Below are positions 46,327 through 58,300 of a DNA stretch of 64,000 nt, one piece after another. The notes beneath the pieces were generated by a model. The model ran no database searches. It worked only from the letters and a program-made list of their open reading frames with translations, and was not told the DNA's origin. Within the stretch, counting starts at the first letter, position 1. Each line of letters opens with the position of its first letter. A program made the translations under genes and the position numbers. This DNA is from an uncultured virus (IMG/VR IMGVR_UViG_3300005662_008418). Its lineage: Duplodnaviria; Heunggongvirae; Uroviricota; Caudoviricetes. The stretch lies in IMG/VR virus record IMGVR_UViG_3300005662_008418, one strand, 5' to 3'.

Positions 46327-49300
46327 TCACGGGATCAATATTTTACTGCTACTGCTACTGCTAAATGGGTCAGGTCCTCCGTCCAATTGTTGCTGCTGAT
46401 TATTGTTTTGAGGATCTGAGGCATTAGCTCCATTTTCTCCGTTTATTTCTGCATTGTGAACCAGTATTCCATCAACGAAAAACCAATCACTTCTTTCTGT
46501 ATTTATCTTCACTGTAGCCAGTGCCTTATCTATTTTTCTTATATCAAGGTGCATTTCCTCTAGTTTTTCGTTATAGCACCTCTCTGTACCATGCATCATG
46601 GACACACTTCTAAAAAATATTTTATTTTCATTAAAAGCCAAAATAGGATGCTCATACGTTAACCTTAACTTATTGTTCACTAGATAGTACTGTCTTTCAA
46701 AACCAAAGCTTACTGATGTAACCCTGGTTGTGCAGTACTTCCATCCAGATGTATCTGCAGGGACACTGTCTTTGTCAAAAACATTTATAAAATCTGGATC
46801 AATACCAAAATCAACACTAAGTAGTTCATCTCCTGGGACAATCGATTCCACTTTCTTGCTGGAACCGTCAGCTATTAATACCATAGAACCAAAACCAATA
46901 CACTGATTATTGCAGTTTTCTTCGCATGCCTGACTGACGATATTGCATTCACAATCAAAACCACCCGATCTTACTATCTGATTAATAGTCACGGGAACGC
47001 CGCCACTGCAGCAAGTAGAAGTTATAACTTCCGTGCATCCAAAATCTAGCTGCAATGTGCAAAAATCAATTGCAGACATGAATATGGGATTCGGACATGT
47101 ATATCCAAAACATATCTGGCAATATGCAGTTATGTCCACCTCCTGTCCTGGAGGTATTTCATCGCATGACCCTAGCCCGCAATTAGGTATTCCCGCACAC
47201 GGATTGACAAACAACGAGGAAGAGGAAGAAGACGAGGAAGAACTAACTCCTTTTGATGATGATGAAGAAGAAGGCGCAGATGAACTTGAACTTGATTTAA
47301 AGGAAGATGAAGATGAAGAAGATGAAGAAGGATATTCATCGCATGGGCATAAAGAGCAGGAACACCCGATGCATTGAGACGATGCAGACCATACTGCAGT
47401 GCCAAAGTTTGAGCAGTCATCAAAAACTATTACTCTGAGCTTCTTGTGCCACGGATCATTAACATCGTTGCTGTAAGAATCGGATGGTATGTTAAAGCAA
47501 GTTATGAAAGATCCAGTGCCTTCATCGTAACACCATTCCACTGGAGAAAATGCAGCGTCAAAAGGCACGAAGTCTTCTGGCAATCTCGAGTGAACGCAAC
47601 CACTATCTACGATCAGAGCGCTTACTGGGCAGTTTATCTGCACGCCAACATCTGATGAACTAGAAAAATATGGATTGAAGCTAGAAAGACCGTCATTGCC
47701 AAATCGATTAGTCAAAGCCTCGTTGACGTAGAATACATTGCTATAATAACCAGTATTTGACCTCAAGTGGGAATCAAATCCAGACATATCAACGGCGTTG
47801 GCTCCAAATACGGGAGATCTTACGGCATTTATCATCTGAGATACTGATGTGAAGCCTGAATCCACATCATGCTCTGGTGGATACCATGTTCTCAATACGT
47901 AAAGACGATCAGGAGCTACTGATCCCTGATTGGTCTTGAACCTTAAGCAAACTCTTCCCGTGGAAGATCCAGGAGGACATTGAAGAGCGTTATTTATAGA
48001 AAGGACATAGTCATGCACCGTGATGGGTCCAGATCCAGCCCTAGTCTGGCTGAATGCGCAAATTGATCTTGATGGCCCTGGAGGTGGTGGAGGATCGTCC
48101 CCTCCGCAGAAAACATCATCGCAAGAACAATCCATGCAATTAAGAGCAACAGACCAACTCATGGAAGTTGCTCCAATTGAGCAGTTAGGAAATATTATTA
48201 ATCTTATTTTGTAGCGCCAGCCATCATCTGGATCGGAAGATGTTGAGAACATGTTGTAGTTCACTGGGATGCATAGTTTGGCTACATTGTTCTGCTTCTT
48301 CCATGGAGATGGAGGGAATTGGGTAGCAGTATTGATGCATGATGAATCAGCAATAGGATTGACGGGACATTCCACGCCCACTCCATTTACATCCATTCTA
48401 ACAACCTGGCTGGATATATTGGTATAGACAGATGGATTGAGATAGCCATATGGATTTACTGGACTGCCGCCTCCATAAGGAATTCCATCCTGACCTATTT
48501 CGCTAAAACCAAAAAGTTTTGATCTTAAAATTGATGTGTTATCTGCAGACAACCTATCTATGGTTGGCAGTACAACAACCCTGTGCTTGCCAACTAAGGA
48601 TGAAAAAGAAAGGCATAAATATCCAAATTCAGATATGGAAGAACATGTAAGTGCGTTCTCAACATCGATTATGACTTCGACTGGATTGTCAGCCCACATC
48701 TGATCCACTTCATTGCCATTAAGAGCGTAGTTGAATGTGCATGCGTCATTTTCTCCTGCGCAATTGACATTGGGGATGTTTACTGAAAGAGATTTGTGAA
48801 TATAGCTTAACTTGTTTAGTATTTTCAAAAAAGAATTAGCCCAAGCCCCCTGAGCTCTGGCATAAGATAGCATGCTTGGTGTTGCGTCTGAACCGAATAC
48901 AGGAGGAATTGCTATTGTAGTCAAATCACTAGTACTTACATTATCTCCTACAAGTTGATTTATATTAAGATAATAGCCATCGGTAGGATCGTATTTTCCC
49001 GTATTGTAAGTGACTTTTTGAAAAAAACCATTTGGTTCTATGGCATCAGCGGAGCAGCCAGAGAGAATTATTCTTTCATATTCTCCACTTGGATGACCAG
49101 CTAGAAACTGCATCATAGCAGAATTTAGTATCTCGGAAGCAGTATATATGCTTGATGGTGTGTCAAATATCAACCCAGAAACATCCACAGGATTAAATGG
49201 AATTGTTCGTGAATATGCGTCAGATACGGCTCGCTGCCTAAGCAGTATCGCGTCCTGTATATGCTTCATGATGTAATCAATTCCCAGCATACCACCGGAA

Positions 49301-49368
49301 ACTGGGTCAAATATTTCTCCAGAAGTAAAATTAAGAGAATACTGACTGACATCAAACGGATTACGCAA
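46327..49368 (-). CDS. 1013-aa paralog of the 3471-aa protein, with Ser linker and C-terminal Hint domain (TTG start)
   Basis: N-terminus RNPFD..Y...FD....LG...I...DAI..RQ.AV is shared with the paralog. Hint motifs CIGFGSMVLIADG...LTYEHP...ILVHN. Confidence 0.8.
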   Translation of the reverse strand: MRNPFDVSQYSLNFTSGEIFDPVSGGMLGIDYIMKHIQDAILLRQRAVSDAYSRTIPFNPVDVSGLIFDTPSSIYTASEILNSAMMQFLAGHPSGEYERIILSGCSADAIEPNGFFQKVTYNTGKYDPTDGYYLNINQLVGDNVSTSDLTTIAIPPVFGSDATPSMLSYARAQGAWANSFLKILNKLSYIHKSLSVNIPNVNCAGENDACTFNYALNGNEVDQMWADNPVEVIIDVENALTCSSISEFGYLCLSFSSLVGKHRVVVLPTIDRLSADNTSILRSKLFGFSEIGQDGIPYGGGSPVNPYGYLNPSVYTNISSQVVRMDVNGVGVECPVNPIADSSCINTATQFPPSPWKKQNNVAKLCIPVNYNMFSTSSDPDDGWRYKIRLIIFPNCSIGATSMSWSVALNCMDCSCDDVFCGGDDPPPPPGPSRSICAFSQTRAGSGPITVHDYVLSINNALQCPPGSSTGRVCLRFKTNQGSVAPDRLYVLRTWYPPEHDVDSGFTSVSQMINAVRSPVFGANAVDMSGFDSHLRSNTGYYSNVFYVNEALTNRFGNDGLSSFNPYFSSSSDVGVQINCPVSALIVDSGCVHSRLPEDFVPFDAAFSPVEWCYDEGTGSFITCFNIPSDSYSNDVNDPWHKKLRVIVFDDCSNFGTAVWSASSQCIGCSCSLCPCDEYPSSSSSSSSSFKSSSSSSAPSSSSSSKGVSSSSSSSSSSLFVNPCAGIPNCGLGSCDEIPPGQEVDITAYCQICFGYTCPNPIFMSAIDFCTLQLDFGCTEVITSTCCSGGVPVTINQIVRSGGFDCECNIVSQACEENCNNQCIGFGSMVLIADGSSKKVESIVPGDELLSVDFGIDPDFINVFDKDSVPADTSGWKYCTTRVTSVSFGFERQYYLVNNKLRLTYEHPILAFNENKIFFRSVSMMHGTERCYNEKLEEMHLDIRKIDKALATVKINTERSDWFFVDGILVHNAEINGENGANASDPQNNNQQQQLDGGPDPFSSSSSSKILIP
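46453..46902 (-). other. Hint (intein-like) domain ending in H-N followed by Ala
   Basis: Block A CIGFGSMVLI, block B TYEH, C-terminal FFVDGILVHN|A. Confidence 0.9.
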
Positions 49369-52300
49369 TTAGGATCCTCCACCCCTCCAGGCGCAGTATG
49401 TTCCATATCCGCCTAGTTCTTTCTTGAAATCCATCTGTACTGATGGATTTAAATCTACTACATGGATAGATCCATCGCTTCGAAGCAATCCAGCGTTTCC
49501 AACAGCCGTAAGTTCCTGCATGATCTTCTGAGCAAAAGATTGAGGATCAACCGATGCTGGAAGACTTATATCAGAGCAGAATATTACAACATGGGCAAAC
49601 TTATTCACTATTGACGGCGGAGATATGGTAGAGAAAATACCACCTCTTATGTTTGCCGAGAAGTCAAATATCTTGCTAAATATATCAGTAGTGCTCCTTG
49701 CATTCCAGGTGTCTATTCGCATGGATGCCCTGATTAATTCACTCTGACACACGCATTTAAACGGTGAAGATATCCCACTTACTGCAGACGGATAAATCTG
49801 AGAAGAAGGAGAAGTTGGATTAAGAGCAGAAGAGCATGCAATGAGAATCTCGTCTCCAAGGAATAAATCTCCATATACAGGATCTAGCATTCTGGAAATG
49901 GCTCTCATAGTCCTTTTCATCTTACTTCTCTCAAAAAGTGAAGCATTGTTGTCCACTGCGTATTTCGTGTGACCGCTTCCGCTTGTTCTAGAATAGAATT
50001 GAGGATAAGCATCATCGGACATGCCATATGGTAGTGATATGTCTTCTTCATCAGGTATTGAATCATAGGCACTGATGTAGTAATTCGCTGATTCAGGTAA
50101 TGTATTGCCCATTATAGTGCTGTCATCTATAAGCAATAAAACAGGACCCAAAGACGAAGAAGAGCGATCCCTTGCAAACAAAGGTATGCCTGACTTGCAT
50201 ACATGAGTCACATCCTTGGCATTTGCGCTAGCGTTTGTGGCTGCAACCACTACCGATCCAGGACCGTCTATCATGAATCTAGATCCAATTCCCGTTGAGT
50301 TGAAATTATTTACGATGTTGGACGAGGTAATTGTTCCATTGAGCGATGCTGGAGAGTTAATCCTGATTATCTGGCCACCCCTAGTTGATGAATCAGTTCC
50401 GCTTTCCACGACGGTCGTCTCCCTGAACGACTTCATCTCGTTGATGTTGTCATCGCTTAGATCATCCGTATGAGATACATTACTACGAACAGTCTCCCTA
50501 AATGCATATATATTTGATGTATTAAATGAGAAACATGCAAGTCCGAACACATCACTCCAAGACATCTGCATGAGTGGACCGTTGGGACTTCCATTGCGCG
50601 AATAGGTATGAGATGACGAAAGCCTGATTGGCTTTATCCCGCCCCAGCTCCACATTCCAGCCTCTGCGTCCCAGACTGGAGGGCAATTTGCGAAAGATGC
50701 TGCATATATTGGACTGAATGTAGAGCCAGAAACAAGTGTGAGACCATTGCCGAATTGCGGAGAAGATTCCAGTTCGTATCTTTTTACAAAACTTCTTGAT
50801 GATGGACTGTAGGATAATTTATATCCATTTAAAACATCCCATTCCAACGCTCTTGGAGTGGAATTCAACTTATGCATGTACGGAGCAGAATCTATGCTTG
50901 CATACGAATCAATGACATCGGTTATGCCTGCACTGGCTGGCGTGTCTGGAGCAACAGAATTAGGAGCGTCGTCGATTGCTATCAGGGATGGAGTGCTTGA
51001 AGGTCTGAATGCCAGCGCTCTCTTGCCTCCCGACATATTGCCAGAAACTATGCCGCTTCCTATCCTCGGTGGCTTATACATGCCAAAGTCGCTCTGAGAC
51101 TGAGTTGCGCATATTGTACAACTACTGGCTGGGAAAGGATATTTAAATGCAGAAACTTGCGCAAAGGCGTGAGAGGTGCTTGACATCCTCTTTAGATCCC
51201 AAGATCCCTCACCTGACGACTGCATCGCACCAATGTATCCAAGTGTGCTGAAATACATGACATTGTCTGCGGATGAGTATGCCATGGATTGAGTTCCATT
51301 GTGGGCAGTCATTGGCACTGAACACCAGAAGTTCAGATTCGAATAGGTAGATCCAACAAAGCTGGCATTGCTCACCGCAAGCAGATCGTTACATTCTCCC
51401 ACGGCAGATGGAGCTGCTGTTGGATTTAATTCAAATGTATGCATCTTGCCTGGCTTTGACCGCAAAGTGGCGTTTGTAGCTTCGTAGAATGGATATATTT
51501 CGCTTGAGAACGAAAGATCGGATCCAGATATGGCAACAAGATATTTGAAAGTTCCAGTCTCGTGTATCATGCTTGTTTCAACAAAACTAGATATAGGAGC
51601 ATCTTGAGTTTCTGTTACTGACGAACTGGTCAAGGATCCAGACAATATCCATGGACTACCACCAGCATCGGTTCTTGCAAAAACCTGTATCAAATCCGCA
51701 TTGTCATAACCAGTTATATACTGAGTACTGAAATTGTCTTCAGTATCGGTTTCTGTCGCAAATTTATGACCTCCAACCGAAAGTGAAGTACCAGTAGAGT
51801 CTATTGTTATGGCTAATTTAAATGGTAGATTTATAAATTCATTTGTCTCAAAATCTAAATCAGTTCTTGACAGTGAGGAATCTAAGGTTAGTTGACCACC
51901 ATCTATCTTAAATACATATAAAACATCAGTATTTTCTCTAGTATTACTAATGATAAACCATCCATCATTGGCATATCCAGAAACAAATCCTTGTATGAAG
52001 TCTCCAGCAAAGGAAGATCCTGGTCCTATTTTGGAAATCTCATCATTCAATGTGCCATAGACAGTGGAAGTAACATCAGTAACAATTGCAGGACCTATAC
52101 TATTAACACCTAAATTATGAGTTATTTTATATATGTATCCAGCGTACCACACATGGGCTTCGTTGTTTATCTTGAATGCTATGCCTCCGCCAAGAGAAAC
52201 AGCCATTTCAATATCGAAACTATCAACAAACCTGGATATGGTACGACCAAATTTTTCTGGCGGACTCACTAATGTGTTGTCAAACGCTGCAATCCACAAA

Positions 52301-55300
52301 TTGTAATAACTTCCAGTTCTAATGGTATTGCTAACAACTGTAGACATTTGTGCTGCTATCGTATTTTCAGATATGAAAGTAGTCAATGCGCTTAAACCAT
52401 TAACATTCGTCCTCATTGCAAGCGCCCTGCCGCCAATCGCAATAATGGCAATTCCGCTCAAATTATCGCCAGCAACATTCCACACATTAATATCAGTGTG
52501 ATTTTGCACTGTTTTCAACAAGGTGTTGCTTCCGCAAACATATGGACATCCAACAATCTTCCTGAAAGAGCAATGGTTATTCGCAAGTAATAATCCCTTG
52601 GTCTTCAACTCGTTAACAGTAGGATTCGGCAATGTGGTTGCAACATTCTCCAGTGCAGCTGTAGTTGGGAACGAGGCTCCATTGCACTTCCTTTTTTGCA
52701 GCCATAAATGCTGTCTTGCGCTTATGGCAGGGCCATCACTTGATGTGCTGCCGCACGAAAATGTTGCTGAAGATAAAATAACTAATTCATTCTGGTCTGG
52801 TACACCTGTATCTATATATAAGCCAGCGCATCCTATGGCATGCAGGGCTGGTGGCACAACAAAAGATCCATCATCAAAGTCAACGGGTACGCGTGTGTTA
52901 TTAGGCTGATCCACTCCCTTAAGAGAATAGAGGTATCCTATCTGAGAATTGCTGGTATTCACGGATGTGCTTCCGTCTATCACAGAAACACGACCAGAAA
53001 CAATGCCATATGAAGCGGTGAAAGAAGAGCTGGGGGCAGGAAATGTACTTATCCCCCCGATAATGCATTCCTGATCAGTAGTTATTCCTATATTCCTATC
53101 GGCATTAGACCATCCCGGTTCAATGCCGGTAGAGCGGTCGGTAAGCCTTTCTGCTGCATCAAGATAGTAGTCATACTGAGATATAAGTCCAGGCAGAAGT
53201 GATAATTGATTTCTTAGAACTGGCCATGCTATGGGATTCCAGCATACGCGAGTGCCCCTATGTGAAACGAGAATTCCCGCACCTCTTCCCAGGAAATCCT
53301 GGAATGCAAATCTAATATAAGCGTTAGTATTGCTTGAAGCCATAATATGCTGCTTATAAATATCACCTATTTCTAATGGCACATGCCTTGCCCCCACAAT
53401 GAGAGGAGTTGTAATTGGGTCTTGCGTACTCCATGGTTGATGAATATCATTAAAAGAATTGAATACATTATAATTGCTATTGTTACATACTTGAGGCCTA
53501 AATCTACCCGTAGGCCATCCCAGGGAATTTGTCACTCCAGAATATACTATGGAATTTGTTAATGGATTATTATCTGGATCTTCAACAGACTGGCGTTGGA
53601 GAACCCTTACATTTTGCACAGTATCGGTCATATGCGACAGCGATTTATGCCAATTCAGAGTATCGTATGCAGCAAAACTTAGATTATTTGCATAACTAGG
53701 CTGAAGTATGCTTAATGCTATATCTGCATTAACAAGTTTAATTCTTCCTATAATAGAGCTATTTTTATTCGCAGATAATGTGTTCCAAAATACCTTTCTT
53801 CCATATCTTAAGTTATCTGGAAGAGGATTACTGTCCGTATCGCCCGGCGTACCTGGCGGATCAACCGTTGTTCCATTAAGATTGCGCCAATTAAGAGTAT
53901 TATTTGGATATACTAATGGAGATAATAATCTGAAACCATATGTGTCTGTGAATGCTCCAGCCGCAGTATTGGCTTGAACGTTAAACCATGTGCCATAGTA
54001 GGCCCATATCACAGGATTTAGAAGTGCTGTTTGACATAGTGTGCTTGATCCCTCTGATAAATATGCTGGATAAAAAACATTTTTATAAATAGAAAATGCA
54101 TGGAGCGGTACAAACTCGATGTTTGCAACAATAGGATCCAATGGGTTATTTGGATTTGATATCGGATTTATAGATACATTGTTGGAAACAGATCCCACTG
54201 CTGAGGAAACATATCTTCCAGCATTGCTTTCGGTTCCTGGTATGTAGTAGACCTGTGCGCTAGAAATGAAATTTCGCGCAATCAGTTGAGAGTCTATGTC
54301 GGCATCCGCGACTCCGTCCTCCTCAAGCCTGGGAGTCGAGAATGCGCCGCTTTGACCAGGTATTGCATTCGGAATGGGATTGCCAGTTCCATCGCAAAGC
54401 ACTTTGAAAAGACCAGTTCCAGTGAAAGTTAGATTTTCATAGTCTATCGGCCTGTCAAGAACCTTAAATGGCTTCCAATGCATTTCTGCGACTCTTATGG
54501 TTTTGGCACCATCAGAGTATATAGGCAATATGGTAGTATCATAATTTGATAGCACAGTGTTACTATCAACAACAAATGCTGCCATAGATCCAAAATGATA
54601 TATTGAAGGATTAACAGGAACGCGAGTAATCGGATCCAACTTGGGAACAGCAATAGTCAAAGACTGATCAAATACGGCACCGTTATTATTTATCCTAGAT
54701 GCTGTGCATAACCTTGCATCCGAGTAAGATGGTATATCATAATAATTATCACCTTTAGCAGCAAGAATCTGATGCTTTCTGCCTATGGCTGCGCAGGATA
54801 TAGGAGTATTTTTAACGGCATCAGGTATGTCGTGCAGCCTTCTTCCAATTCCAATAGGGTAATCATTCTGAGGCAATACGAATATCTTGCCCTGCTTGGT
54901 GTGTCCAGAAGGCTGGAACCGAGCTGGAGAACCAATCAATACTTCATGACCATGGATGTTTCTTGCAAACAATACTGAACAGCCTGGATATATTACTCCA
55001 GAAACATTTTGATCATTGAATACTTCCACAAGTTCCCATATGGCGTTGCTGGGAGACGGCGAGCCTTCTGCTGAACCAGGAGGAAGGTCTGAGAGTTTTT
55101 GCTCAGACATTTTGTAAATGAAATATGCGTTTCTATGCGATACATTTGGAGTAACAGGTATTGAGCCCTGCACCACCACGACTCCTCCTGAAGCGTCAAT
55201 CTTACTGCCAAAAATAAGTCCACTTGAAGTGGGGAAGGTTCCAATGCCCAGCTGCTGATTGGAATTTAAGAATGAATAATGTAAAGTGCCATCGCTTTCA

Positions 55301-58300
55301 TTTATGTCACTGTCTATGGCCCACACGATTCCCTGACGACCAGATAGATTTATAACAGCGTCTTGAGCCCATGCAATTAATAATTGCGTCTGGCGATCTG
55401 CTGCAGCAGCAGAACGATGTGAATATTTTACTTGAGTTGCAAACTTATCATTAGATCCAGCCAATTCTATCTTATCAACGCTTCCGACAATTTCCATTAT
55501 TGTTGAAGAGGTATACTTGGCATTTATCTGCAGCACAAATTTATGGAATGGATCGGTAATTGCCATGTTGTATCTAGTGGCATCTAGAACTCCACCGATT
55601 GGCACTGATGGAATTGCATAATCTATAGATGTGCCGAATTTTCCTCCAGTAAATGTGCCTGTAATGAAGTCATCAGCAAAAAATGACGTGGTTACCGCAT
55701 TCACCGTTCCAGTGGAAGAATACTCGCTCATGACAACAGCGCCGCCAGTGGCAGTGGGATTTCCATCCGCCACAGGTGCACCTACTGCTATAACTCCATG
55801 CTGCGTCTTCAATGGCATCCATTGAACGACATGACCAAATCTATTCACGCTGGGAATATCCGCAGGAGCTGAAATGACAGCATGGACATTATAAGTTACT
55901 GATGCTCCAGTCTTTCTCAATATGCATACTTTACCTTTTCCTGGTGCTCCTATGATAATGTCATTATTATTAGCTATACTTACAGAATATCCGAATTCAG
56001 AAGATGACATGTCTTGACCAGATGGCAAAAGCGATGTGAATTGATCTGCAAAAACTTTAGCTAAGAACTTCCATTCACCATCTGGTCTTGCAGGCGAGGC
56101 TGGTGCGATAACAACATCTGTAAGGAATTTAACGAATATAGAAACAGATCCGTTGTTGATGTCGCCAGTATTTCCAGCAACCATGACAGCATATTTCCTG
56201 ACTCCACCAACGCCATCTCTTGCGTGAATTCCTGTAGCAACTGATCTACCTAGACCTCCCTCAGGAGTAGTTGAAGAGTTTACGAGGGCATATGCGTAAT
56301 CGTCGGCTCCGAATGTGGATATTAAATCCTCACTTGACGATGATATTATTCTATTAAGACCGCAGTACACATTACTAGCCTGGATTCCGTCTGCAAAACT
56401 TATCCTTAGATCATCAGGAAAACTCACTGTGGAAGATATGGTTGGAGTAATAGTTGCCAATAAAGGCAATTCAGTTGATCCCTGATCGCGAGCACATATC
56501 GCTATAAAATCACCGCCTGCATCTGCTTCCAATACATCCTTACCGACAATAGCAGCATCGACTAATGCAGAGGAAAGTAGCCCTCCCATCTGACCAGAGG
56601 ACATTATTTTCCCATGGCCATTAGAGTCGGTGTACTTTACCGCAGCAAAAAATCTTCCAGCAATTACCTTATTTATCACCGATCCTGCTGGGAGTTCTGC
56701 CTGCACTTTCGCAGCCAGGCCAGTCGTGTCGCCAACGGGGAAGCTGTCTACGGTTCTTCCATCGCTACGCGATGCTATTACGAAGCCACCTCCATTGGGA
56801 TTTTCAAGAGAGACTGCACAATGCAGATACTGCTGAGTAGATGCGTTGGCATCATCAACCGCCTCTTGATATTGAGTATAAAAAGAGTGATTTGGATTGG
56901 CTAGATTCCACGCCATCAATTTGCCAGCATTTGTTATAGCGCAGACAATGCCATTGCCAGCGTCTATTTCAGCAAATCTTTCTCCAGATGCGTTAAAATC
57001 TGGATATGAAATTACGGAGCCTCCAATAGAACTGGTTCCTTCATTTCTTACATGAATAAATCCTTCGCTATCTAAAATAATTGAGAAAGAGCAATAAGGG
57101 GTCGCATTATTTTCAACAAAACCAGCTGCAACTTTTAGAATACTAGCGTTTAATCCATCAATCAGACTTGCCGCAGTTTTTTGACCATGATTACCGCCAC
57201 CCCATGAATAAATTTTAGAACTAAGGTTATACCATCCTCCAGGGATAAGTCTGTATACTCCTTCCGTTGTTATAAAATTACCCGATTCAATATCGCTTGT
57301 CTGCATCTTGAATCCGCCACTGCACAAAGCCCATAAAAATCCCCTGTTATCCCAGGCTATATGCTGCACATTAACGGCCATGTTCTTGGAAATGTCAAAC
57401 ATTTCTGGAGCAAGCAGCCGCATCTGACTCCTATTTCCTGATTCATTAGCGTATGAAACCATGTTTGCCAGACCAGAGTATGACTTGGCATAAGCGTCTT
57501 CAAAATTAATAAAACCAGCATGATGCCATCTTATGGCAGAAGGCGATATGTCGCCAGTAAGTGTGTCTATGGCGGAACTGATATCGGCGTAGACCAACTC
57601 AGATACGCCTGGATCGCAATCATATTTATTCTGGATATTCTGCCTGACCATCCATATGCGATACTCACTGGCAGTTGATGAAAAACCAGCAACAGCTGTC
57701 GTAGGGCATTCTGCGATAGATATAGAAGATGAAGACGATGAAGAAGATGTCTCCCCACCGACCACTATATCACAGCATCCTATTCTTTCAATAGGATCAT
57801 GTTGTTTCATCTTTACATAGAATCCAGTTTCTTGACCATTGGCGTCAAGATCACTAATTGGGCCCATGGCAGAAGCGAATGCAGCCCTGCTCACTCCGTC
57901 ATTTGACGGTACGACTTCATCTGGTATATTTTCTGAAGAAAAATAACTGTCTGGCGTACTGTTGTCATCGCAGGAAATGCCTGGACCTGAACGATAAACT
58001 GCAAAAAGCCTATATCGAATCGGCTTCTTAGGCAAATTAATGAACTCAGTTACATTCTTTACCTCTATCGGATCTCCAAGAAGTTCTAAGAGCACAGATG
58101 GAGGAAGTATAAATCTAATTTCTCCAGGAGCAACATCTGCATTGTTTGCGCGCAATCCCGTAGTAACCCCGCCGCTTCTGTCTATGACTTGCCCAGATTC
58201 ATCGACAGCTAAAGATATGGATATTTTATTACAGTTTTTGACTCCGTATATAAAGCTAGATGCAGATGTTCTTAGCCATTCATATTCATCAATAGATTCC

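Noticed and set aside
36006..46902. Mobile splicing inteins with homing endonucleases
   Set aside because: The domains are only about 150 aa, have no LAGLIDADG/HNH motifs, and the +1 residues are Gly and Ala.
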